Origin: Minisyncoccota bacterium | Lineage (GTDB): Bacteria > Patescibacteriota > Minisyncoccia > Phycocordibacterales > UBA6065 | Direction of reading: 5' to 3' | Length of the DNA: 64,000 nucleotides | Assembly: GCA_035714745.1 (NCBI GenBank) | Contig: DASTLR010000008.1 | Coordinates: forward strand, 7,394-71,393 | In this document: piece by piece, positions 47,639-56,757 of the stretch | How positions within the stretch are numbered: the stretch's first letter is position 1 | Layout of the letters: each line of letters begins with the position of its first letter | Position numbers and translations under genes: made by a program | The notes under the pieces: model-generated | Database searches by the model: none | Told to the model about the DNA's origin: nothing | What the model saw: only the letters and a program-made list of their open reading frames with translations

Positions 47639-47713
47639 TGGTGCTCTCGGCAGGAATCGAACCTGCATTTCTTCCTTCGCAGGGAAGTGTCCTATCCATT
47701 GAACGACAAGAGC
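47639..47713 (-). tRNA. tRNA-Arg(GCG), CCA encoded
   Basis: Anticodon arm CTTCC-CTGCGAA-GGAAG; GGTTCGATTCC. Confidence 0.93.
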
Positions 47714-47776
47714 GCGAAACCGCCTCTGACTGCTCTAACTTACAGGAAAACGGCCAAAAGTAAACTCGGCGCCGGA

Positions 47777-48235
47777 TCAGAAGCCCAGCCTCTCGAAGAC
47801 GGTATGCATGAAATTCTGGGGGAACTTCTCTGATCTCAGGTGCCGCTCGAGGTGCTCGCGGAGGTCGTCGAGGCCGTCATGCATGATCGGCACGGTGATC
47901 AAGGGGACGATGGGCTTCTTCGAGCGTAGGACCAGGCGCGGGCCGTGGTGGTGCTCCTCGTCGACCGAGAACGATTCGAGCTCGGCGTAGGGGAAGAGGG
48001 TCTTGCCGATGACGACGCCCCTGTCCGTGACCTCGACCGAGACGACGTTCGGCGGCCGCGAGGCGAAGACCGCCAGGGTGAAGGCCGCGATGGCCAAGAC
48101 GACGCCGAAGAGGATGTCGCCCAGGATGATGGCCGTGACGACCAGGGCGGCGGTGATGATGCCGACGGTCCAGTACCAGTCGTTCGACTTTTCGAAGTGG
48201 ATGTATTCAGGCGTCTGCCACGAGAATTTCGCCAT
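47777..48235 (-). CDS. Two-TM hypothetical membrane protein
   Basis: W.TPEY..FEKSNDWYW then two TMs and a PH-like beta region. Confidence 0.8.
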   Translation of the reverse strand: MAKFSWQTPEYIHFEKSNDWYWTVGIITAALVVTAIILGDILFGVVLAIAAFTLAVFASRPPNVVSVEVTDRGVVIGKTLFPYAELESFSVDEEHHHGPRLVLRSKKPIVPLITVPIMHDGLDDLREHLERHLRSEKFPQNFMHTVFERLGF

Positions 48236-48314
48236 GCGGGAATTATACCACCAATCTTTGCCCCGCGGTCGGCTTTGTTGTAAGTTGTAGGGGCGGCAAA
48301 GAGCGATACTTGAC

Positions 48315-48401
48315 GGATAGGTGCCGGAGTGGTCTAACGGAACAGTCTTGAAAACTGTCGTCCCTTTACGGGGACCGTGAGTTCGAATCTCACCCTATCC
48401 G
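48315..48401 (+). tRNA. tRNA-Ser(UGA), CCA not encoded
   Basis: ACAGT-CTTGAAA-ACTGT, long variable arm, discriminator G. Confidence 0.95.
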
Positions 48402-48412
48402 CATAACGTCAT

Positions 48413-48817
48413 ATGAGACTCCTAGGCATCGATTACGGCAAGAAGAGAGTGGGCGTGGCCCTGTCTGACGACAAGGGCTTGATGGCGTTCCCAAAGGCGG
48501 TTTTGCCGAACGACAACTATCTCTTTACCGAGGTGCGCCGGCTGATCGAGTCGAACGAGATCGATACGGTGGTGGTAGGGGAGTCGAAGGATTACGCTAT
48601 GAGGGACAATTCCATTATGTCCAAGGCGCGCGCGTTCGCCGATGAGCTCAAGCGCGAGCTCGACGTCGTAGTGGTATACGAGCCGGAGCTCCTGACCTCG
48701 CACCAGGCCGCGCAGACCGGGCACGCTTTGGGAAAAACGGATATGATAGACGCGTCTGCGGCCGCGATTATCTTGCAAAGCTACATAGACAGGAAGAAGG
48801 AAGGGGAGAGAATTTAG
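48413..48817 (+). CDS. ruvX: YqgF/RuvX pre-16S rRNA nuclease
   Basis: LLGIDYGKKRVGVALSD, IDASAAAIILQSY. Confidence 0.92.
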   Translation: MRLLGIDYGKKRVGVALSDDKGLMAFPKAVLPNDNYLFTEVRRLIESNEIDTVVVGESKDYAMRDNSIMSKARAFADELKRELDVVVVYEPELLTSHQAAQTGHALGKTDMIDASAAAIILQSYIDRKKEGERI

Positions 48818-48843
48818 AATCTGGGATTTAGAATTTAGAATCT
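48809..48843 (+). repeat. Heptamer tandem repeat (AGAATTT-like x5)
   Basis: agaattt agaatct gggattt agaattt agaatct. Confidence 0.7.
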
Positions 48844-48848
48844 TGAAC

Positions 48849-49250
48849 ATGATTTCATACGACGATTTCGCAAAGGTGGAGATAAAGGCAGGCAAGATCC
48901 TCTCGGCCGAAAAGGTTCCCGAGACCGACAAGCTGCTCAAGCTCTCGGTCGATTTCGGCCCGCTGGCCCAGACCGTCGCTACGCTCTCGGTCGACGGCGC
49001 CCCGGCGGCCGAAGTGCAGATGACCGAGATGAAGCGCGACGTTCGCCAGATTGTCTCGGGCATCTCGATGTATTTCCCTGACCCTCAGGCCCTCGTCGGC
49101 AGGAAGTGCATGTTCGTCACCAACCTGGAGCCGCGCACCATCAAAGGCCTGCAGTCGAATGGCATGCTTTTTGCTCTGTCGACGAACGACGGCAAGTTCT
49201 CGCTCCTCGAGCCAGGCGCCGATATCCCCGAGGGCACCAAGGCCAAATAA
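48849..49250 (+). CDS. Stand-alone tRNA-binding OB domain (MetRS C-terminal/CsaA-like)
   Basis: ISYDDFAKVEIKAG, DKLLKL, RQIVSGI, NLEPR, SNGM. Confidence 0.9.
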   Translation: MISYDDFAKVEIKAGKILSAEKVPETDKLLKLSVDFGPLAQTVATLSVDGAPAAEVQMTEMKRDVRQIVSGISMYFPDPQALVGRKCMFVTNLEPRTIKGLQSNGMLFALSTNDGKFSLLEPGADIPEGTKAK

Positions 49251-49251
49251 T

Positions 49252-49872
49252 ATGTTCGAATTCCTGCAGCCGCAGCACCTGATCGCCGTCGCGGGCCTGG
49301 CCGGCGTCATCGCCGCCGTTTTCGCCGAGTCGGGGCTATTCTTTGGCTTCTTTTTGCCGGGCGATTCGCTCCTCTTTACCGCGGGCCTGGTGGCTTCGCA
49401 GGGCGCGCTCGATATCTGGTGGCTGGTCATAGGCTGCGCCATAGCCGCCATAGTGGGCGACAGCGTGGGCTACGCATTCGGCAAGAGGGTGGGACCCGCG
49501 CTCTTCTCGCGCGAGGATTCTCTCTTCTTCCATAAAAAGCATGCCGAACGGGCCAAGGCCTTCTATGGCCGGCACGGCCGCAAGGCGATCGTCCTGGCCC
49601 GCTTCGTGCCGATCGTCAGGACCTTTGCCCCTATCGTGGCGGGCGTCGGCGGCATGGCCTATCGCACCTTTGTCGCTTTTAACGTCATCGGCGGCGTGGT
49701 ATGGACCTTCCTTCTGACCCTGGCCGGCTATTTTCTGGGTCGGGCCTTTCCCCAGACCGAGAGGTATCTCTCGTATATCGTCGTCGGCATCATCGCCGTC
49801 TCGCTCGTGCCTGTAGCGGTCGAATGGCTCCGCGGCCGCGCCGCCGCTCGAAAGGCCGCTGCGGACCTGTAG
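49252..49872 (+). CDS. DedA-family membrane protein
   Basis: FAESGLFFGFFLPGDSLLF, ARFVPIVRTFAP. Confidence 0.95.
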   Translation: MFEFLQPQHLIAVAGLAGVIAAVFAESGLFFGFFLPGDSLLFTAGLVASQGALDIWWLVIGCAIAAIVGDSVGYAFGKRVGPALFSREDSLFFHKKHAERAKAFYGRHGRKAIVLARFVPIVRTFAPIVAGVGGMAYRTFVAFNVIGGVVWTFLLTLAGYFLGRAFPQTERYLSYIVVGIIAVSLVPVAVEWLRGRAAARKAAADL

Positions 49873-49884
49873 TATAATCTGTGG

Positions 49885-50880
49885 GTGAATTCTTTCATCA
49901 AAAAGGCGTTTCCCGTCCCTCGCGCCCTCATCATGGCCGACGTCTCGGTCGATACGAACGACGGCGAGCTGCGCTTCTTTGAATTCTCGCGCAAGGCGGG
50001 CACGCTCCGCCCGAAACGCTGCGGCGTCCTGGAGTTCCCGCGCACCCATGGCCCGGGCAGCGAGGAGAACGCCGCCCAGGCGGCTGCCGCCCTCAAGAAG
50101 TTCGCCGAGAGGTACGGCTATCAGACTGTCCAGTGCGTCATCCACGAGGGCGACGCCTATATCTTCAAGCAGAAGGTCCCGACGACCGATCCCTCGCTCC
50201 TGCGCGCCGCCATCGAAGCCTCGCTCGAAGAGAACGTGCCGATGCCTCCCGCCGAGGCGATCTTCGAGTATGACGTCCTCGCCATAGACAAGGTCCGCGG
50301 AGAGAGCACGGTCGTAGTCTCGGCCGTCTCGGAGAAGGTGGTCGAGAGATATCGAGCCCTCCTCGAGTCTGGGACGCTCGCGCCCGTCTCGTTCGAGACC
50401 GAGTCGCACGCCATCGCCCGCGCCTCTATACGCAAGGGAGACCAGGCTACCCACGCCGTCCTTTGCATCAAGGGCCACCATACCGTGGTCTTTATCGCCG
50501 AGAGGGGCAAGGTCTCGTTCAGCTCCTCTATAGAGGTGGGGTCGGCCGACATCGAGGCCGCCAGCGCCAAGGACCCCGGCTCATTCGACGCCCTCTTGCC
50601 CGTGTTCTCGACGCTGCAGGACGAGCTTGGAAAGATATTGACCTATCATAAGGCCGCCGCCAAGAAAGAAGGGGTCGAGCAGGATATCGCCGATGTCATC
50701 CTGCTGGGCAGCTGCGCCCGCATCCCGGGGTTCTCGCGCTATATATCCTTGGCGTCCAAGCTGCCCGTGCGCGTCGGCTCGGTCTGGGCGAACGCTCTGT
50801 CGCCCGAGAGCGAGGTGCCCGACCTGGATGAAAAGAGCTCGCTCGACTATGCGGCCCTGATCGGCATGTATCTGAACTGA
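49885..50880 (+). CDS. pilM: Type IV pilus assembly protein PilM-like
   Basis: Actin-like fold cues (EENVPMP, FETESHAIARA, ILLGSCA, YAALIG); heads a PilMNO-like operon. Confidence 0.75.
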   Translation: MNSFIKKAFPVPRALIMADVSVDTNDGELRFFEFSRKAGTLRPKRCGVLEFPRTHGPGSEENAAQAAAALKKFAERYGYQTVQCVIHEGDAYIFKQKVPTTDPSLLRAAIEASLEENVPMPPAEAIFEYDVLAIDKVRGESTVVVSAVSEKVVERYRALLESGTLAPVSFETESHAIARASIRKGDQATHAVLCIKGHHTVVFIAERGKVSFSSSIEVGSADIEAASAKDPGSFDALLPVFSTLQDELGKILTYHKAAAKKEGVEQDIADVILLGSCARIPGFSRYISLASKLPVRVGSVWANALSPESEVPDLDEKSSLDYAALIGMYLN

Positions 50881-50881
50881 T

Positions 50882-51418
50882 ATGCTCACCTTTCTCCCGC
50901 GCACATACAGGATCGAGGTCGAACGCGAATATCGCCGCCGCGTCTATGCGGTCGCCGCCTGGCTCTTGGCGTTGCTCATGCTCGTCGGGGCGGCCCTGGT
51001 CCTGCCGACGTACGCGAGGCTCTCTTCCGAGAAGGCCGCGGCCGAGGCCGCACTGCGGGCGGCGTCTCAGTCCGCCGGCGGGGATGCGAGCCTCGTCGAT
51101 ACGCGGTTGGCCGACCTTCAGGACAAGGCCAAGGCCCTCGACGACCTGGCTGCAAGGCGGAGCCTTGTCTGGGCCGTGGAGCGGGTCGCGGCCGCTCGGG
51201 AGCAGGCCGGCGTCTCCATCACCGGGCTCGGCATAAAAAGAGGAGGGGGCGCCGGCTCGATCAGCGTCTCGGGCACGGCATCGTCCAGAGAGGCGCTCGT
51301 CGCCTTTACCAAGGCCCTCCAGGCGGAGCCGTCGTTCAAGGACGTCTCCTTGCCGGTATCCGCCCTGGCAAAGAGCGTCAGCTTGCCGTTCTCGCTCGGC
51401 ATCGACACGAATCTCTGA
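50882..51418 (+). CDS. pilN: PilN-like protein
   Basis: N-terminal FLP motif, TM, ISVSGTASSREAL..F...L....F..V..P. Confidence 0.7.
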   Translation: MLTFLPRTYRIEVEREYRRRVYAVAAWLLALLMLVGAALVLPTYARLSSEKAAAEAALRAASQSAGGDASLVDTRLADLQDKAKALDDLAARRSLVWAVERVAAAREQAGVSITGLGIKRGGGAGSISVSGTASSREALVAFTKALQAEPSFKDVSLPVSALAKSVSLPFSLGIDTNL

Positions 51419-51422
51419 TCCC

Positions 51423-51974
51423 ATGTATATCCGCACCAGCTACAAAGCGTCTCTCGTCATCGCTCTCGCCGCCGCGGTCGCGCTGGCGGCGGCATGGGGC
51501 TTTATCGCCTACCGCTCTTCCGTCCTGCGGGATCAGATCGTCGGCCTCGAGGAGAAGGCGGCGGCGGCTTTGGCTCGCGGGCAGCGGGCGCAGGAGGCTC
51601 GCGCAGCCTTGCGCGAGACTGGGGCTGCTATCCGCTCCGTAGATGCCCGCTTCCTCTCAAAGGACGACATCCCAGGTTTTATCAGCCTAGTAGAAAGCCA
51701 AGGCGCCGCTGCCGGGGTAAAGGCTGACGTCGGCTCGATCGACCTGGACGAGAAGGGCGACCTCTCGGAGCTCAAGACCCTGCGCTTGCGCCTGACCGCC
51801 AAGGGGGCATGGAAGGACTGCGTGGCCTACGCCGCCGCTCTCGAGGACCTGCCGTACGCCGTCCAGGTGGACGCGCTGGCCCTTTCCAAGGCGGCGGGGG
51901 CGGCAGGCGTCTGGAATATGACCGTCGAGATGACGGCCTTGGTAGACTTACAGAGAACCGATGAGACGATTTAA
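51423..51974 (+). CDS. pilO: PilO-like protein
   Basis: TM, coiled coil, G.W......LEDLPY. Confidence 0.65.
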   Translation: MYIRTSYKASLVIALAAAVALAAAWGFIAYRSSVLRDQIVGLEEKAAAALARGQRAQEARAALRETGAAIRSVDARFLSKDDIPGFISLVESQGAAAGVKADVGSIDLDEKGDLSELKTLRLRLTAKGAWKDCVAYAAALEDLPYAVQVDALALSKAAGAAGVWNMTVEMTALVDLQRTDETI

Positions 51975-52236
51975 CCTTCACATCCGCAGGCTAGGAGAGG
52001 ATCCCGCTTCCGACTGGCATCGATGCCTGGCGCTGTTCGCCGCATGCCTAGTCTTTGCGGCGCTCGTCGATGGGGCTCTCTATCTGACCCTGGCGCGCGG
52101 GGCGTCCGAGCTTCAGGCCGTCTCGGCGATCCAGGCGCCTGCCGCGCCGTCGACGCCCGTGCGCCTTGGCGCCGCGGCAGCCGAAAAGGCGCCGAGGACG
52201 GTCTCTCCGGCCGCCCAGAGAGACCCATCGCTCTAG
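51961..52236 (+). CDS. Small membrane protein in pil operon
   Basis: Overlaps pilO end; one TM. Confidence 0.55.
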   Translation: MRRFNLHIRRLGEDPASDWHRCLALFAACLVFAALVDGALYLTLARGASELQAVSAIQAPAAPSTPVRLGAAAAEKAPRTVSPAAQRDPSL

Positions 52237-52280
52237 GCTTGCCTGGACAATGTCCGGCGAAAGCGCTTTGATGGGCCGAC

Positions 52281-52353
52281 GCCCCCGTAGTTCAATGGAT
52301 CAGAACACTGGACTTCTAAGCCAGTTATGTTGGTTCGATTCCAACCGGGGGCA
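52281..52353 (+). tRNA. tRNA-Arg(UCU), CCA not encoded
   Basis: Anticodon loop CTTCTAA; GGTTCGATTCC. Confidence 0.93.
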
Positions 52354-52369
52354 CACGCGAAATGTACGC

Positions 52370-52395
52370 GAAAAGCCGGCATGTGCCGGCTTTTC
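52370..52395. terminator. Bidirectional terminator between convergent tRNAs
   Basis: GAAAAGCCGGC-atgt-GCCGGCTTTTC. Confidence 0.85.
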
Positions 52396-52397
52396 AG

Positions 52398-52473
52398 TGG
52401 TGCGCCCTGAGGGACTTGAACCCCCGACCTTCTCAGTGTAAATGAGCTGCTCTACCAACTGAGCTAAGGGCGC
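52398..52473 (-). tRNA. tRNA-Val(UAC), CCA encoded
   Basis: Anticodon loop TTTACAC; GGTTCAAGTCC. Confidence 0.95.
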
Positions 52474-52602
52474 ATGGTATATGGCTGCGATGAGCTACGA
52501 CAGAGAAACAATAACGGATTTCGCCCGAAAACTCAAATAAACGCCGTTTTCTTGCTCATTTTTGGCTCGTATGTTAGATTGGTGTCCTATCACGCAACCC
52601 GC

Positions 52603-53040
52603 ATGGAAAGCAAAGTAATCACCTCTCCGGTAGACATGAAGGCCCGAGTAGCCCTCGGCCTCCGCTCGGGCGACACCGTCCGCGTCTGGCAAAAGATCAA
52701 GGAGGGCGACAAGACCCGCCTCCAGGCCTTCGAGGGCCTCATCCTCTCCCGCAAGCACGGCGACGAAGCCGGCGGCACCTTCACCGTCCGCAAGGTCATC
52801 GACGGCGTCGGCGTCGAGAGGATCTTTCCGCTCTATTCGCCCCTCATCGACGAGGTCGAGGTCATCCGCAGGTCCAAGGTCCGCAGGTCGAAGCTCTACT
52901 TCGTCCGCGAGAAGGCGGCCAAGGCCGTCAGGAAGCAGATGCGAAACCTCCGCGCCGAGAAGCCGGGCAAGGACACCAAGGCAGGCAAGCTAGAGGAGCC
53001 AGAGGCTCCTGCAGCAGCTCCAGAGGCGCCGGCGAAGTAA
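52603..53040 (+). CDS. rplS: 50S ribosomal protein L19
   Basis: [39 protein letters not shown]. Confidence 0.97.
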   Translation: MESKVITSPVDMKARVALGLRSGDTVRVWQKIKEGDKTRLQAFEGLILSRKHGDEAGGTFTVRKVIDGVGVERIFPLYSPLIDEVEVIRRSKVRRSKLYFVREKAAKAVRKQMRNLRAEKPGKDTKAGKLEEPEAPAAAPEAPAK

Positions 53041-53058
53041 TCTCCATACAGCGCAAAC

Positions 53059-53084
53059 GAAAAACAGCCCGCGGGCTGTTTTTC
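53059..53084. terminator. Bidirectional terminator
   Basis: GAAAAACAGCCC-gc-GGGCTGTTTTTC between rplS and tRNA-Leu. Confidence 0.8.
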
Positions 53085-53095
53085 TCTGTCTTGGG

Positions 53096-53177
53096 TGCGC
53101 GGAAGAGGACTTGAACCTCCATGCCTTGCGGCGCTACCACCTCAAGGTAGTGTGTCTGCCAATTCCACCATCCGCGC
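53096..53177 (-). tRNA. tRNA-Leu(GAG)
   Basis: CTACC-TTGAGGT-GGTAG, long variable arm. Confidence 0.94.
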
Positions 53178-53258
53178 ATGTATGTCGAACCGTCCCGACG
53201 TGCGGCCATAATAGCCGATTGCTCACATTTTATCAATATCCGTCCTATACTAGGCGGT

Positions 53259-53735
53259 ATGAACGAAAAGAAGCTGCGGGTCATATTCGTGGCGAGCCTC
53301 TGCCTCAAGGCCTTGGGCGCCGCTCTCCAGATCGGCCTGGGCTCGCTTCTGCTCGTCACGGGCAGGGTCAGTTCCCTCATAGCCGCGGCCGCCGCGAACG
53401 AGCTTATCGAGGATCCTAACGATTTCTTTGCCCGCCATGCCGCGTCGGCGCTCTCGCACTTCTCGCCCCACCTGCAATACGTCGGGGCCGCGTACCTCCT
53501 CCTCCACGGCGCGGCAAAGGTCGTCCTGATCTGGGCGCTGATAAAAGAGAAGCTCTGGGCCTATCCCGCCTCGCTCGCCCTCTTCTCGCTCTTCATCGTC
53601 TACCAGCTGGTCCATGCCACGTGGGGAAGCCTGTTCCCCTTGGCTGCTTTCGCCGCCTTCGAAGTGTTCCTCCTCTGGCTCATCTGGCACGAATACCACT
53701 ACGTCCTCCGCAAGCGCGGACTGCCAATAGAATAG
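53259..53735 (+). CDS. DUF2127-like membrane protein
   Basis: ELIEDP.DF.A, YLLLHG..K, KLWAYP, FIVYQ, W.EY. Confidence 0.8.
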   Translation: MNEKKLRVIFVASLCLKALGAALQIGLGSLLLVTGRVSSLIAAAAANELIEDPNDFFARHAASALSHFSPHLQYVGAAYLLLHGAAKVVLIWALIKEKLWAYPASLALFSLFIVYQLVHATWGSLFPLAAFAAFEVFLLWLIWHEYHYVLRKRGLPIE

Positions 53736-53825
53736 GGGAGGGACGGCCAGAGCTCGATTTTACGGCCTGAATCTGATATAACTGTCTTGCTCCGACAGCC
53801 CGTTCCCGCCGCGCGCGAGCAGCAT

Positions 53826-53897
53826 GGTGCCTATAGTTTAGTGGTAAAACTCCGGATTGTGGTCCCGGCATTGTGGGTTCGATTCCCACTAGGCACC
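53826..53897 (+). tRNA. tRNA-His(GUG) with encoded G-1; probable integration site
   Basis: Anticodon loop TTGTGGT, G-1/C73; composition changes immediately after its 3' end. Confidence 0.93.
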
Positions 53898-55490
53898 CCT
53901 TAAGTCTGTTATTCCGATAGTCTCTCGGAAAGCAGGACTCTTTTCTGCAAAAGCCTTTTCCATTGGGAAAGGTTTTTGCTTGTTATTGAGGCAAAGCGTA
54001 CCAGTGGCAATCAACGCCTCCATAATTGGGCTAGGGACAGCTTTAGCGATCTTGCGGTCAGATACCTCAAATCTCTCCCAAAATATGCTCAAGTACGTCC
54101 TTTTAAGCTCTGGAGAAGCCTGTTGGTAAGCCTCGCCTAGGTTTCGAGCAAGAAGTATTACCTTCTGAATTACATCAACTTTGATGTTCTTATTGGCATC
54201 GAGCTTGGCGAGTTCGCTTCCACAAGAAACTATTATCTCCCTTTGTCTTTCTTTGATTCGAGTGAAGTCGTTATCATCAAGTACGCCAGAGATAAGCTTT
54301 TCCTCAGCGAGCTGGAGTTTTGATTCGGCGGCAGACTTAGTCGCCAGAATCTTTCGCTTCTCACGTTCCGTATCCTGCTTTTTCAGTGAATAGATGAACT
54401 TGACCCTCTCAAGCAGACGCTCAATGAACTTCTCAGAGAACTGAATTCCTCGAAAGTGTTCGACTACCTGATCTTCGAGGTCTTTTACGTTAACTCCTCG
54501 ATCGTTATCTGGAATAACGAATGGTTTCTGTTTATTCGTTGCATAAGGACGATAGTAGCTTTTATCCTTTTTCTTCTCATGGTTCTCGCCTATGAATCTC
54601 AAACCGCTTATAGCTGAGAACACATAGCCACGAAGAAGGAAATCATATTTTCGCCTCCGGCAGACACCATGACCATTATTCAATCGAACTTGTCGGCATC
54701 TTTCAAAGACTTCCTGAGATGTGAGAGGCGTGTGTTTACCCATTTTTCTCATTTCACCCCAGACCATTTCTCCATGGTAAAAAGGGTTTGCAATAATCTT
54801 AAACATATTCGCCAGACCGAGCTTTCCTCCCGTGTGTGATGTAAGTCCTTTCTTGAAAATCCATTCTCGCAATTCGAGCATTGGATGGTTACCCGTAGCG
54901 TACTTTCGGAAAAGTTCTGTAACAACCGGACCTTTTATTGGATCAACGACGATAATGCGTTTATCGGGATTATTTTCTTCGCCGACATTGAGATAACCAA
55001 GCGTAGCTCGCGTAGGCCACCAGCCGTCATTAAACCGCTGTTGCATGCTCTTCTTGGTCTTACGAGACGTTATCTGTGATTGAAGCTGATTAACGCCTGC
55101 AATGATCGTATCCATGAAGTTTCCCTCTGGAGTATCTTCAATTCCTGGCTGGGAGATAGAAACGAGCGTCGCAGAGTATTTCTTCAGAAGTGCCTTTATG
55201 GTGGTGTGATCGTTCACGTTGCGGGCAAGCCTGTCGGTATCGAGTACGAAGACCGCCCTGATATCTTTCTCTTGCACACGAACGAGCATATCCTGAAGAG
55301 CGGGACGATTCATTGTTGTAGCTGACTTACCAGCATCTACGAAGACCCCATTGTCCGTCAGTTCGTATTTACCGCTTTCTGTAATTGTTTTCTTACAGAG
55401 ATCCTCCTGTGTAGCAAGCGAATAACGCCCGCCCTTTGCCTGCTCCTCTGTGGAGACACGGCAATATATAACTGCTTTATCTTTGGTCAT
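53889..55490 (-). CDS. Large serine recombinase (integrase)
   Basis: YCRVSTEEQ catalytic Ser, RPALQ.ML, DRLARN, recombinase domain, coiled coil. Confidence 0.93.
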   Translation of the reverse strand: MTKDKAVIYCRVSTEEQAKGGRYSLATQEDLCKKTITESGKYELTDNGVFVDAGKSATTMNRPALQDMLVRVQEKDIRAVFVLDTDRLARNVNDHTTIKALLKKYSATLVSISQPGIEDTPEGNFMDTIIAGVNQLQSQITSRKTKKSMQQRFNDGWWPTRATLGYLNVGEENNPDKRIIVVDPIKGPVVTELFRKYATGNHPMLELREWIFKKGLTSHTGGKLGLANMFKIIANPFYHGEMVWGEMRKMGKHTPLTSQEVFERCRQVRLNNGHGVCRRRKYDFLLRGYVFSAISGLRFIGENHEKKKDKSYYRPYATNKQKPFVIPDNDRGVNVKDLEDQVVEHFRGIQFSEKFIERLLERVKFIYSLKKQDTEREKRKILATKSAAESKLQLAEEKLISGVLDDNDFTRIKERQREIIVSCGSELAKLDANKNIKVDVIQKVILLARNLGEAYQQASPELKRTYLSIFWERFEVSDRKIAKAVPSPIMEALIATGTLCLNNKQKPFPMEKAFAEKSPAFRETIGITDLRGA

Positions 55491-55987
55491 TGTTTATAGA
55501 TGAACTCCATTGGGACGAATCCCTTCCGTGAAGTGAATTGCCCGTCGAGTATTCTGATCTCTCGTACTCCCAATGAAGAATTGCTAAGTACCAACACTTT
55601 CGTTCCCGCCTTAACAAAATAGGCTTCATTGTTGCCGATAAGCTCGATCAGTCCATCTGAATCGTTAGCGATTGCAGACTTTGAGTATTTATCAAATGCT
55701 TCCTTGGTTGAAGGAACCATGACTTCGTCTTTTCCTTCGATTCTGAGATAACCCTCTTCACCCACGCTTACTCGAGTAGAAGTTTGAGGAGTGGAGGTTA
55801 CTGCACGCTCACTTACATTGTTAGATGCCTTAGCGAGAGATATGGTTATAAATAAAAAGAAGATCAGTGCGACGACAGCAAGAGGATGCCTACGTGCCCA
55901 TGATCTTAAATCTGCCTTACAATTCGGACATCGTTTCGCTTTCTTAGGGATATCCGTCTGACACTCCTTACATTTTTTTGTTTCCAC
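55487..55987 (-). CDS. Zinc-ribbon + TM membrane protein
   Basis: CKEC...AKRCPNC then a TM helix. Confidence 0.8.
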   Translation of the reverse strand: METKKCKECQTDIPKKAKRCPNCKADLRSWARRHPLAVVALIFFLFITISLAKASNNVSERAVTSTPQTSTRVSVGEEGYLRIEGKDEVMVPSTKEAFDKYSKSAIANDSDGLIELIGNNEAYFVKAGTKVLVLSNSSLGVREIRILDGQFTSRKGFVPMEFIYKQ

Positions 55988-56256
55988 GTGATTAGAAATA
56001 AACGATTAATCCCGTGGAAAGCTCCCACACAAAAAACCTGCCACAGGTAGGAACCGAAGTCCCTCGTGAAGGTTTCCCCGCACGGCCAGTTAGACAACCC
56101 TATGACAGGCTCTTTATGTCTAACTGGACTTATAGCCATGCTCTGGAGAAAACTCCAGAGGTTAGGCTCATGAACGCTATTTAGTTGTAAGGTAATTATG
56201 CTCTTTTTCATCCTTTTTGCCAAAATGACTTTGAAACGCTGACGCCTATACGTTTT

Positions 56257-56472
56257 TTAGTTGTCGGCTATAGGCGGTTTAGTCGCTTCTGACTGAGAGT
56301 CGCCAGTTTCCTTTTTGACGTTATCCACCAAGACCGCCCGTCTTTCTCTCATGTATCTCTCAAAAATGCTGTAAACCAGTTGATTAATGGACACCTTTTC
56401 ACAAAGAGCATCAATTTTGAGAAATGAATGCTGTTCGCGGGTAACTTTTATGTGTTTGGTGAACTTGAACAT
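56257..56472 (-). CDS. Small ribbon-helix-helix-like DNA-binding protein
   Basis: KHIKVT.EQH..LK..A....VSINQLV pattern. Confidence 0.55.
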   Translation of the reverse strand: MFKFTKHIKVTREQHSFLKIDALCEKVSINQLVYSIFERYMRERRAVLVDNVKKETGDSQSEATKPPIADN

Positions 56473-56541
56473 GTAATTAAGTTGTTAACGCTATAGGGTA
56501 GGCGGAGCCCATATCCCTCGTCGGTAAATAATTGAAAGGTG

Positions 56542-56661
56542 TTACTCAGATTTCTCTCTGCACCTTTTGTAGAAAGACTTAAAGTGAATGGCGGTCTTCA
56601 CCCGAAGCTTCTCGGTTTCCCCGATGGCTTTCTTTAACGCCACACCTTCTACTTCATTCAT
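56542..56661 (-). CDS. Possible 39-aa ORF
   Basis: Manual translation MNEVEGVALKKAIGETEKLRVKTAIHFKSFYKRCREKSE. Confidence 0.3.
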   Translation of the reverse strand: MNEVEGVALKKAIGETEKLRVKTAIHFKSFYKRCREKSE

Positions 56662-56757
56662 GTGGCGGGAATCGCGAACCCTATAGGTATAGGCATCGCC
56701 CTGTATCGCGGCACTTTTTTAACGACGCACACCGCTCTACCCCTCACGTCGGAACTG

